Below are positions 30,232 to 38,992 of a stretch of 64,000 nt of DNA, piece by piece. Location of the stretch: NCBI GenBank assembly GCA_040901675.1, contig JBBDYJ010000028.1, positions 3,336-67,335 on the forward strand. Reading direction: 5' to 3'. Origin of the DNA: Pirellulales bacterium (GTDB lineage Bacteria; Planctomycetota; Planctomycetia; Pirellulales; JAICIG01). The translations under genes and the position numbers were made by a program. Within the stretch, counting starts at the first letter, position 1. Each line of letters opens with the position of its first letter. Under the pieces are notes generated by a model that was not told where the DNA came from, did not search any database, and saw nothing but the letters and a program-made list of their open reading frames with translations.

Positions 30232-30702
30232 ATGTTTGTTGCAACCGCCTCGGCGAACGGCTACGTTGCAGCCATGGACGCAGCGGATAAGGATCGAGGC
30301 GATTTCGGGACGACCCGAGCGCGACGCGGGGGCTGGCGCTGGCTGCGGTTCGGACTGGCGACGCTATTGTTCGGCGTTCTCTGCGCAAGCGGATTTCTGG
30401 CCGGATACCGCCGCGGATACGATGCGGGCCGCGAAAAGCGGCAGCACGGAACCTACCTGGCCGAAGTTTACCACGTCGTCGATCTGCTGGATGCACAGGC
30501 GGGCCCGACTCCAGACTTCGCCCCCTTGATCAAAGTCATCCAAGACACCGTCGATCCGACCAGTTGGGACGGGGTCGGCGGTCCCGGCAGGATTCAAGCC
30601 TTCTCGGACAACCAGTCGATCGTCGTGTATCAAAACGCCGCCAACCACGAGAAGATCGAAAAACTGCTCGCCGACCTGCATCGGCAGCCGGGCCCGGAAT
30701 AG
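30232..30702 (+). CDS. Hypothetical protein with TM helix and secretin-N-like domain (start may be 30274)
   Basis: LIKVIQDTVDPTSWDGVGGPG...SIVVYQ..NHEKIEKLL. Confidence 0.7.
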   Translation: MFVATASANGYVAAMDAADKDRGDFGTTRARRGGWRWLRFGLATLLFGVLCASGFLAGYRRGYDAGREKRQHGTYLAEVYHVVDLLDAQAGPTPDFAPLIKVIQDTVDPTSWDGVGGPGRIQAFSDNQSIVVYQNAANHEKIEKLLADLHRQPGPE

Positions 30703-30892
30703 CCGATGTCGGCAATCGAAGACAACAATGCAAAGTGCGGCGGCCCTCTTCAAGGAAGTCGTTCGAAGAAGAGGATGTCGGCGGTTCCGCGCCTGACGAC
30801 ACGCCAGCCTGCCTGCAAAGCCTCCAAGGGCTGCTAAACAGGCCCTGTACTGCCGATGCGGCCGAAGCGTGGATCAGGCAATGGTACCTGCT

Positions 30893-31432
30893 CTAATGCT
30901 CGGTGGGCCAGGAGGCCGCTAGCGCGGCATCAAGTCGCTCGCTGGTTCGAGCACGCCGATCGTAAACCGCTTGCGGCGAGATGTCGGCGTAGAGGTTTAA
31001 CTCTTCGCCCAGTGCCGCCTCGTTCCACGATCGTGAGAATTCGTGCGTCAAGGCGGTCAATTCGCCTGCTGACTTATCCTTAACGAAATCCACGGCCTCC
31101 CTGATCGCGCTAATGGCTTCCAACGACAGCGATTCGGGAACACCCGGACAAGCGGCCGAATACTGCACAGCATTAAACGGCCCCACCGAACAAGTCTTCG
31201 GTCGAAGCACTTCGGCTCTGGTCAGTTCGTCCAGCAACTCATCACCCTGATCGATGCCCGGCCCGAAAGGCATCTTGACGATCGGCCAATCGGAAAGGTA
31301 GCCCGGCCCTCTCTTGGCATAGTAGAGATGGGCGAAATAGAAGGCCTTGTAGAGAGTGGTCTTGCTGGGACACGTTCCACAAACCCGCACGATTTCGGCA
31401 ATGATCTGCTTCGCTCGCTCTCGGTCTGGCAT
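30893..31432 (-). CDS. Panacea (DUF4065/SocA/GepA-like) antitoxin-domain protein
   Basis: LYKAFYFAHLYY, KMPFGP, SAGELTALTHE..SW; GGAGG RBS. Confidence 0.8.
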   Translation of the reverse strand: MPDRERAKQIIAEIVRVCGTCPSKTTLYKAFYFAHLYYAKRGPGYLSDWPIVKMPFGPGIDQGDELLDELTRAEVLRPKTCSVGPFNAVQYSAACPGVPESLSLEAISAIREAVDFVKDKSAGELTALTHEFSRSWNEAALGEELNLYADISPQAVYDRRARTSERLDAALAASWPTEH

Positions 31433-31851
31433 TTCGTCGTCCTCCATAGTCCAGCAATTCGGCCGATATCCTTCCTCCGTGAAGCGGCTTACGGTATCAG
31501 TTGCACCCGTATTAGCCTACTCCAGCATACCTCCCCGTTCCCGGCCGTACCAGCACCGTGAGCCATCCGCTTGCAGAGGTCCGAGGCGCAACCCCCAGCA
31601 GCGAGAGAAACTGACTGAATGAGATTTCGTTCTACGGCAAGGGCAGGCGAAACGGAAGCCTCGCTTGTGCAGACCGGGTGCCCCTCCGCGCCGGTCGTCC
31701 TTGACTGCACTCCCCCCTTTCACATTTGGGCTTTCGCCCCCCTTCCGCCGAAAAACGCTGTGGCGTTTCGCGTAAGGGGGCATTTCCAACTCAAAGACGA
31801 AGAACGCACTTGGCCCCTTGTCCCGCGCGATCGTAAGTTCTGGGAATGGCC

Positions 31852-32460
31852 TTACAATAGATTCACGACCAACGTAGGGAAGTCCGCGTTCAGGTCCAGT
31901 CCTGGGTCGGTGATATAAGTCGGAGTCGGCAACCCGAGGGCACTGCTCTTGAAGTACAGGTCGAACGCCGCCTGCTGGATGACCCGGTGCAACAATGGGA
32001 TACGATCCTGCTGCTCGGTGAATAACTTCAAGAAGCCCGGCATCAAGCAAAGATTCCACCCGGCCGTAAAGCATTCCGGATCATAAACACGTTCCCATAC
32101 ATGCGCGACGTGGTATCCCCGAATCCGGCCCTCCTTGTCTCCGGCCATAAGAAGGCCAGAGAACGAGGCAAAGGCAAGCCTGGCCTTTGTGTTATCGCAG
32201 ACCTTCACCGCGCGGCCTTCCCAGACGCTCAGGTCCTTCTTTTGCTTCCCTTTGTGGTGCTCCCGTGACGCACGCACGCAGTCCGGAAACCACGCGGCGC
32301 TACGTTTCTTCTCGTAGCGTTGCCGGATGCAATCAGGAGAAAGGAAGTACGTGTGGCGCAGCAGAAATCCCGCAAGGTCCGCTTCACCGCCCTCAAACAG
32401 CTCCAGCAGGATGTCCTTTGCCGGCGTCAGATGTCGGGGCTTTGCTTTCATATACGACAT
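31852..32460 (-). CDS. Hypothetical protein, possible His-Me finger (HNH-like) nuclease
   Basis: GYHVAHVW...FTAGWNLCLMP; lower GC than neighbours. Confidence 0.6.
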   Translation of the reverse strand: MSYMKAKPRHLTPAKDILLELFEGGEADLAGFLLRHTYFLSPDCIRQRYEKKRSAAWFPDCVRASREHHKGKQKKDLSVWEGRAVKVCDNTKARLAFASFSGLLMAGDKEGRIRGYHVAHVWERVYDPECFTAGWNLCLMPGFLKLFTEQQDRIPLLHRVIQQAAFDLYFKSSALGLPTPTYITDPGLDLNADFPTLVVNLL

Positions 32461-32501
32461 GAATTCCCTGCTACCTCCCGGCAAATGGAATAGATTCCGT
32501 T

Positions 32502-33209
32502 CTACTCAAGCTCGCGGAGGTAGATGTTCTTGAAGTAGAGCGTGTTGCCGTGGTTCTGCAGCTCGATCGGCCCGCTGGCGTAGACCGGCTTGTCGCGCTC
32601 CCAAAGGTTTTCCAGGACCACGTCGTCCACCACCAGCACGTCGTTCAAGTAGATCGTGACGCGCTCGCCGGCCATCTTGATCTTGAACGTGTTCCACTCG
32701 CCCACCGGCTTGTCGGCGATGGTCGCGGGCTTGGAAGGGTTCTCGGGCTTCTGGTTGTTGAACAACCCGCCCGAGCCGACGTCGTTGAGCGCCGGGTCCC
32801 AGATCTGCACCTGGGGCGTGCCGCGCAGGTAGATGCCGCTGTCTCCCTTGGGCTCGATCTTCCAGTCGACGTACAGCTCGAAGTCGCCGTAGTCCTTGAC
32901 CGTCGACAGGCTGCGACCCTCGCCATCGAACACCAGCACGCCATCGACCGCCTTCCAATGGGCCCGCATGTCCTCGTCGGCCTCCTTCTGGGCCGCTTGC
33001 AACTCCTCCGGGGAGGCCTTGGACCGCTTGGCCGGGTTATCCAAGGGCGACTTCATCACCCCTTTCCAGCCGCTGAGGTCCTTGCCGTTGAACAAGGCCT
33101 TGAATCCCTCGGGCGGCGTGTTGTCGGCCGCCCGGGCGGCCGCGAGCAGCGTGAACACCAGGCAGAAGGCAGCGAGCCGTGTGACGAGAAGCTTGGGCGA
33201 GAGCGTCAT
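32502..33209 (-). CDS. DUF1080 (3-keto-disaccharide hydrolase family) secreted protein
   Basis: Signal peptide, LFNGKDLSGW, DFELYVDWK, DSGIYLRG, GEWNTF, GPIELQNHG..FKNIYLREL. Confidence 0.92.
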   Translation of the reverse strand: MTLSPKLLVTRLAAFCLVFTLLAAARAADNTPPEGFKALFNGKDLSGWKGVMKSPLDNPAKRSKASPEELQAAQKEADEDMRAHWKAVDGVLVFDGEGRSLSTVKDYGDFELYVDWKIEPKGDSGIYLRGTPQVQIWDPALNDVGSGGLFNNQKPENPSKPATIADKPVGEWNTFKIKMAGERVTIYLNDVLVVDDVVLENLWERDKPVYASGPIELQNHGNTLYFKNIYLRELE

Positions 33210-33294
33210 TGATGAAATCTCCGTAGGCGGAAGGAGGAAGGCAGAAGGAGGAAGGAGGAATAGAACAAGCGGCGGCGGGGGGAACGGACGAACA

Positions 33295-33375
33295 CTGGGG
33301 CACGCTACGACTCGACTGAGCTCGCGACTCGACTGAGCTCGCCGAAGTCCGAAGTCCGCTTTGACCCAGCCACCC
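33295..33375 (+). repeat. Dispersed CTGGGGCA...CACCC repeat carrying two nested 24-bp insertions
   Basis: ctggggcacgctac[gactcgactgagctcgc[gactcgactgagctcgccgaagtc]cgaagtc]cgctttgacccagccaccc. Confidence 0.85.
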
Positions 33376-33612
33376 GGTTTTCAAATCTCTAGCCTCCATC
33401 CACCGAGGGTTTGACGTTTATCGTAAGCCGAGCGCCGGGGCCGGGCAAGCATGGCGCGCCGGCCGAGCCGGTCGCCGAGCGACCGGGCCCCCCCGGGGCC
33501 GCCCGGCCGAATAAGTGCGGAGTTTAGTTGAAACGGCCCCTGGAACGGTTACAATCGCGACGGTCAACCTGAACGGTCCCACTTGCCAACTGGCCTCAAG
33601 GAGTCCTCCGCA

Positions 33613-34230
33613 ATGCAGGATCACGAACATCTCGAGCGGCACCAGCCGGGCTTCAGCCGGCGCGCCTTTCTGCGAGGTTCCGGGGCAGCCGCGGCCGCCA
33701 CGGCCCTGGCCACCGGCCCGGGAGTCGCCGAAGCGGACGAACAAAAAACCAAGGTTGTCGGGCCCGGCCCCACCAAGATCAAGCTGACCGTCAACGGCAA
33801 GCCGCACGACCTGGAAGTCGAGCCCCGCATGACATTGCTGGAGGCTCTGCGGTACAAGCTCGATCTGACCGGAGCTAAACCGGTCAGCGACGACGGCTCC
33901 AGCGGCGCCAGCACGGTGATCATCGACGGCAAGCCCCTCAGCGCTGAAAGCACGCTGGCCATCGACTGCGTGAACAAGAAGATCCAGACGGTCGAGAGCC
34001 TCGGCGGCAGCAAGCCCGATCCGGTCGCCAAGGCCTTCGTGCACCAGGATGCCATGCAGTGCGGCTTCTGCACGCCGGGCTTCGTGGTGGCGGTGAGGCA
34101 CTTCCTGGACAAACACCCCAAAGCCACCGAGGCGGAGATTCGCGCGGGGCTCAACGGCAACCTCTGCCGTTGCGGCACCTACGCCAACGTGATCATGGCC
34201 GCCCTCGAGGTGGTGAAAGGAGGCAAGTGA
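33613..34230 (+). CDS. Tat-exported [2Fe-2S] subunit of xanthine-dehydrogenase-family enzyme (PaoA/YagT-like)
   Basis: SRRAFLRG Tat signal; QCGFCTPG and GNLCRCG intact; N-terminal cluster cysteines absent. Confidence 0.9.
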   Translation: MQDHEHLERHQPGFSRRAFLRGSGAAAAATALATGPGVAEADEQKTKVVGPGPTKIKLTVNGKPHDLEVEPRMTLLEALRYKLDLTGAKPVSDDGSSGASTVIIDGKPLSAESTLAIDCVNKKIQTVESLGGSKPDPVAKAFVHQDAMQCGFCTPGFVVAVRHFLDKHPKATEAEIRAGLNGNLCRCGTYANVIMAALEVVKGGK

Positions 34231-36446
34231 TGGCTCAATACTCCTGGCCCAAGCGCGGAACGGCCTCGCTGATCGGCACCGAGCAAGACCGGATCGACGG
34301 GCTGCCTAAGGCGACCGGCATGGCCAAGTACGCCTACGACATCAACGCCCCCGAGATGCTTTTCGCCAAGCTGCTCGGCTCGCCGCACGCGCACTGCCGC
34401 ATCAAGTCGATCGACACCAGCGCGGCCGAGAAGGTCCGCGGCGTGAAAGCTGTCAAGACCATGAAGGAGCCGGGCAACGAGATCCGCTGGCAAGGCGACC
34501 ACATTGCCTGCGTGGCGGCCGAGAGCGAAGGGGCCGCCGCCGAGGGCGTGGCCGCCATCAAGGTCGATTACGAGCTGCTCGACGTGTTCGTCAATGAGGA
34601 AGACCTGGAGGCGGCCGAGAGGGCAGGGCGGGCCCAGCCTCTAAAGCCGGACATTAAGACTCCCAACGAGCCAGGCGATGACGACGACGAGGACGAATTC
34701 TACAACATGGAATTCGATCGGCTGTTCAGCGAGGCGGCCGTGGTCGTCGAGGGGTACTACGGCGTCCCAGTGATCAGCCACATGTGCCTGGAGCCGCACG
34801 GCTCGACGTGCGAGTGGAACAGTGACAAGCTGCTCGCGCACCTCTCGACGCAGAACGTTTCGGGCACAGCCAGCCAGTTCGGCGATCCGCTGGGGATCAC
34901 CGCCGACGACGTGACTGTGCACTGCGACTACATCGGCGGGGGGTTCGGCAGCAAGTTCGCTGCCGACGCCTGGGGCGTGATCGCGGCGCAGATCGCCAAG
35001 GAGACTGGGCGCCCGGTCAAGCTGATGCTCGACCGCGACCTGGAATTGAAGATCGCCGGCATCCGCCCCTCGGGATTCATCAAGGTCAAGGCGGGTGCCG
35101 ATTCGGAAGGCAAAGTGACGGTTTGGGACTCGCGGCATTGGGGCACCGCCGGGCCCGGGGCCCCTGGTAACGTCGGCCACGGGATTATCCCTTACGTCTT
35201 CAATCCCCCCAGCATCCGCCGGCAGCAGATTCCGATCCTCACTGATACGGGACCTCACCGTGCCTGGCGCGCGCCAGGACATCCGCAGGCCTGTGCCATG
35301 AGCCAGACGGCCTACGACGACATCGCGGCCAAGCTTGGGATCGACAGCTACGACGTCTTCCTGCGGAACCTGCCCAAACCATCTACCCCCGAGCAGGCGC
35401 ATCGGGACGAAATCTATCGAGGCGAGATGGAGGTTGCCGCTCGGCTGATGGATTGGAAAGCCAAGTGGCATCCGCACGGCAAGGGCAATGCCAAGGGTTC
35501 GATTGTCACCGGCCTGGGGATGGCGCTGCACACCTGGGGCGGCAGCGCGCACAACTCGACGTGCATCATCAAGGTGCACCCAGACGGGGGTGTGGAAACG
35601 TTTTTGGGCAGCCAGGATCTCGGTCCCGGCACCCGCACGGTGATCGCCATGGTGGTGGCCGAGACGTTCGGCCTCCCGATCTCGGCGGTCAAGGTCAACA
35701 TCGGCTCGTCGAGGTATCCCGCCAGCGGCCCGTCAGGGGGCAGCACCACGGTGGGCGGCGTCAGCGAGTCGAACCGCCGCGGGTCGCAGGATGCACTGGA
35801 GCAACTCTTCGCCCTGGTGGCCAAGAAGCTCCAGGTCGAGCCCGCGAGCCTGGAAGCCAAGAAGGGGCGGATCCAGGTGCAAGGCGAGCCGAGCAAGGGC
35901 CTGAGCTGGAAAGAGGCATGCAGCCTGTTGGGCATGAAGCCCTTGGAGGTTCAGGGCAAGTACGAGCGAGGCGCCGAGCCCAGCCCCTTGTCCAGCATCC
36001 AGGTGGGCGGCGTGCAGATGGCCGAAGTGGCCGTCGACCGCGACACGGGCGTCGTCAAGATGAAAAAGTACGTGGCGGTGCAGGACATGGGCTTGATCAT
36101 CAATCGCAAGACGGCCGCCAGCCAGATCTATGGCGCCGTGATAATGGGCATCGCCTATGCCCTGTTCGAAGAACGGATTATGGATCCCAAGACCGGCGCC
36201 TACGTCAACTGCGAGACGGGCGACTACAAGCTGGCGCGGCTGGGCGACGTCGGCGAGATCGTCGTCGAGTTGTACGAGCCCGACAGCGAGTACAAGCGCG
36301 GCGTGGTCGGCCTGGGCGAGCCCCCGGTCATCAGTCCCGGGGCGGCCATCTCCAACGCGGTGGCCAATGCCCTGGGCGTGCGCGTGCCGGTATTGCCATT
36401 GACGCCCAAGCGAGTCCTGGAGGCCCTGGAAGAAGGGAGAGCTTAA
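34230..36446 (+). CDS. Molybdopterin-binding subunit, xanthine dehydrogenase family (PaoC/YagR-like)
   Basis: RIDG..KATG.AKY, SPHAH, LEPHG, GGGFGSK, WRAPG, SGGSTT, GLGEPP. Confidence 0.93.
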   Translation: MAQYSWPKRGTASLIGTEQDRIDGLPKATGMAKYAYDINAPEMLFAKLLGSPHAHCRIKSIDTSAAEKVRGVKAVKTMKEPGNEIRWQGDHIACVAAESEGAAAEGVAAIKVDYELLDVFVNEEDLEAAERAGRAQPLKPDIKTPNEPGDDDDEDEFYNMEFDRLFSEAAVVVEGYYGVPVISHMCLEPHGSTCEWNSDKLLAHLSTQNVSGTASQFGDPLGITADDVTVHCDYIGGGFGSKFAADAWGVIAAQIAKETGRPVKLMLDRDLELKIAGIRPSGFIKVKAGADSEGKVTVWDSRHWGTAGPGAPGNVGHGIIPYVFNPPSIRRQQIPILTDTGPHRAWRAPGHPQACAMSQTAYDDIAAKLGIDSYDVFLRNLPKPSTPEQAHRDEIYRGEMEVAARLMDWKAKWHPHGKGNAKGSIVTGLGMALHTWGGSAHNSTCIIKVHPDGGVETFLGSQDLGPGTRTVIAMVVAETFGLPISAVKVNIGSSRYPASGPSGGSTTVGGVSESNRRGSQDALEQLFALVAKKLQVEPASLEAKKGRIQVQGEPSKGLSWKEACSLLGMKPLEVQGKYERGAEPSPLSSIQVGGVQMAEVAVDRDTGVVKMKKYVAVQDMGLIINRKTAASQIYGAVIMGIAYALFEERIMDPKTGAYVNCETGDYKLARLGDVGEIVVELYEPDSEYKRGVVGLGEPPVISPGAAISNAVANALGVRVPVLPLTPKRVLEALEEGRA

Positions 36447-36448
36447 AC

Positions 36449-37438
36449 ATGAAAGCCTTTGAATACGCGGCGCCGCTGTATGAAGCCGATGTGCTCGAAC
36501 TGCTCTCCGCCGAGCCGGGCACAACGGAGATCCTGGCGGGCGGAACCGACCTGATCGGCCTGATGAAAAAGATGATCATCACGCCCGACCGGGTGGTGAA
36601 CATCAAGGAGGTCGCCTCGCTCGGGGGCATCGAGCGCGATTCGCTCGGCGTTACGATCGGGGCCGTCACCACGCTGGACGACATCCTGGAAAGCCCGGAC
36701 CTGGACGACTATCCGGCCCTCAAGCAGGCGATCCGCTGCATCAACAGCCCGCAGATCCAGGCCCAGGGCACGATCGGCGGCGAGCTGTGCCAGCGGCCCC
36801 GCTGCTGGTATTTTCGGCAGGGCGACGGCCTGTTGGCCCAGGCCGGCCGGCTGGTGGCCGAGGGAGAAAACCGCTACCACGCCATCTTGGGCAACTTGGG
36901 GCCGGCCAAGTTCGTGCACGCCTCGCGGCTGGCGCCGGCGCTGTTGGCCGTGGAAGCGAGCGTTCGGATCATCGGCCCCGGCCCCGAGGACGAGACGATC
37001 ATGCCGCTGGCCGACTTCTTCCGCACGCCACGGCACGAGCGTCAGCGGGAGCACGTGCTGGAGCCCAACCAGTTGCTCACGCACATCCTGCTGCCGCCCG
37101 TGGATGGATTCACCAGCGCCAGCTACGAGGTCCGCCACGGCGAAGGGCCCGATTACCCGCTGGTGGCGGCCGCGGCCGCACTGCGGACAACGGGCGGTCT
37201 GGTCACGCAGGCCAACGTGGTCATGGGACACGTCGCGCCGGTCCCCTGGCTCTCGGCGTCAGCGGCCGAAGCGCTGTTGGGCCGCCCGGTGAACGAAGCG
37301 ACGGCCCGCGCGGCCGGCGAGGCGGCCCTCGTCTCGGCCACGCCGCTGTCGGGCAACGGTTACAAGGTGAAACTGGCCCGCGTGGCCGTCCAGCGGGCGG
37401 TGCTGCTGGCCGCCGGGCTCGAAACGGGAGGTTTTTAA
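36449..37438 (+). CDS. FAD-binding subunit, xanthine dehydrogenase family (PaoB/YagS-like)
   Basis: MKAFEY, LAGGTDL, SPQI..QGTIGG.LCQRPRCWYFR, VAPVPW, N.YKV. Confidence 0.92.
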   Translation: MKAFEYAAPLYEADVLELLSAEPGTTEILAGGTDLIGLMKKMIITPDRVVNIKEVASLGGIERDSLGVTIGAVTTLDDILESPDLDDYPALKQAIRCINSPQIQAQGTIGGELCQRPRCWYFRQGDGLLAQAGRLVAEGENRYHAILGNLGPAKFVHASRLAPALLAVEASVRIIGPGPEDETIMPLADFFRTPRHERQREHVLEPNQLLTHILLPPVDGFTSASYEVRHGEGPDYPLVAAAAALRTTGGLVTQANVVMGHVAPVPWLSASAAEALLGRPVNEATARAAGEAALVSATPLSGNGYKVKLARVAVQRAVLLAAGLETGGF

Positions 37439-37442
37439 CACC

Positions 37443-37688
37443 ATGACCATGAGCAACGAATCCAAACCCGTCAACGATCCCAGCGCCACGGAGGCGGCCT
37501 GCCGTTATCTGCGCTCGAAGGGCATGTACGTCACCGGCACCATGGATCCGGCCCGGGACACGGGCGAGATGGGCGACGGCAACTGCTGGTGCAACAAGAC
37601 GCAGAACGTGCTGGGCCCTGACGACGGCCTCGTCGACCGCAAGCTCTGCAGCGCCAGCAGCCGCACGTGCTACCAGGCGGTTCTCTGA
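37443..37688 (+). CDS. Small Cys-rich hypothetical protein, fourth gene of the operon
   Basis: GGAGG RBS, starts 4 nt after previous stop; CRYLRSK...CWC.KT...GPDD...C...C. Confidence 0.75.
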   Translation: MTMSNESKPVNDPSATEAACRYLRSKGMYVTGTMDPARDTGEMGDGNCWCNKTQNVLGPDDGLVDRKLCSASSRTCYQAVL

Positions 37689-37972
37689 AGGCAGAGTAAG
37701 CGCGGCGTGGCGATAAGGCGCCGGTTTCGGCGGGCTTTCGCCGTTCGCTTCGTTGCAGCATCGCTCCGTCGGCCGTCACACTTGCCACCCGTCGCTCGTT
37801 GGTCGGCCGCTTCGGCGAGTAGGCGGACCATCGACTGGGGGAGGGTCGGCGCTCGCGATAAAGGGATTCGGCGGCGGGCTAGGCGCCTGCGGCGGCTGGT
37901 CGACCCCCCGCAGTCCCGCCGTGCACGCCGGCCGGGCGCTGGTCATCCGAGGCGGGGAGCTCCGGTCACACC

Positions 37973-38467
37973 ATGAAGTTCAGAGCGGAAGAGTACTATC
38001 AGGCGAGTCTAGAGCGGATGAAGCAAGCCCAACGGCTTTATCAAGATGGAAGGAGTTTTTCGCTGGCGATGTATTGCGGGGGATTGTCCGTGGAATGTCT
38101 CCTACGTGCCTTCCGTTGGACCGAGGATGAGACCTTCGAGGGACGGCACGACTTGTCCGAACTTTTCAAAGCGAGCCGGCTCCTGAAGATCGACGATGAC
38201 TATATGCGGCTCAAAGGCACCCCCGAGGAAGAGATCCGCGAGTCGGCACTGAATCTGCACGCAGCGATGAACGAGGTAAGTGTCTTATGGCACAATAACC
38301 TTCGGTTCGCGTCCGAGGCAAGCCTCAAAGCGTTCTTGAAGCGGATCGGCAGGCTAAAAGGGCTCAAAGGTGACCCGCTAAAGAAGAATACTCTGGACTT
38401 GATTGATGCGGCACAAATAATTGTCAATAGAGGGATCGCACTGTGGACGTCAAAGAGAAAATCATAA
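37973..38467 (+). CDS. HEPN-domain-like protein
   Basis: A..LY..G....AMY..G..VEC.L.A, GRHDL..L, W.NNLRF. Confidence 0.75.
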   Translation: MKFRAEEYYQASLERMKQAQRLYQDGRSFSLAMYCGGLSVECLLRAFRWTEDETFEGRHDLSELFKASRLLKIDDDYMRLKGTPEEEIRESALNLHAAMNEVSVLWHNNLRFASEASLKAFLKRIGRLKGLKGDPLKKNTLDLIDAAQIIVNRGIALWTSKRKS

Positions 38468-38961
38468 AAGCTTTAGCCAAATCGCTGAGGATCGACTATA
38501 TCCGCTTGGAAGATGACGACGGAATCTCCGGATACGTCGTGTCCTCTCAGTTCAAGGATATGCCCACACTCGCCCGGCAGGAACTGATTGACGACGCTTT
38601 GGGCAATGCACCTGATCCGCTCGCCCCAGATGAGCGACGCCAAGTGCTGATGATTGCGGGACTGACGCCCATAGAGTATGAGGCAGTCGGTGCACCCATT
38701 CGAATCCACAGAATAAAGGAACTACCGGGACCCACCATCGAAGTTTTTCTGCATGGGGGACTATCCGACGCTGAATATGTTCGGGGGGCACTGAACAATC
38801 AGAAAGGCGTCAAGACTACCGAACCGACGCCGGTTCCCGGCGCGCCGGGGGTGCTAATGTCTTTCCGAGCCAAAGGAACTAGAGCGAATCCGCTAACGAA
38901 GCAGAAGGCGATCCGGATCCTGAAGAGCGATGCGTATGTTGCCGTCATGCCGAACGCCTAG
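38443..38961 (+). CDS. Hypothetical protein with BolA-like / degenerate MNT-like N-terminal domain
   Basis: VVSSQFKDMPTLARQELI..AL...LTPIEY; overlaps HEPN gene. Confidence 0.65.
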   Translation: MDVKEKIIKALAKSLRIDYIRLEDDDGISGYVVSSQFKDMPTLARQELIDDALGNAPDPLAPDERRQVLMIAGLTPIEYEAVGAPIRIHRIKELPGPTIEVFLHGGLSDAEYVRGALNNQKGVKTTEPTPVPGAPGVLMSFRAKGTRANPLTKQKAIRILKSDAYVAVMPNA

Positions 38962-38992
38962 TCCGCCGGCACACTGTTGGGCCGCCACTACG

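Noticed and set aside
31448..31851. Toxin ORF between the HNH-like and Panacea genes
   Set aside because: Candidate ORFs lack a convincing RBS and recognisable motifs
38949..38955. GCCGAAC at the end of the BolA-like gene as an attC box
   Set aside because: No matching L boxes or convincing hairpin follow
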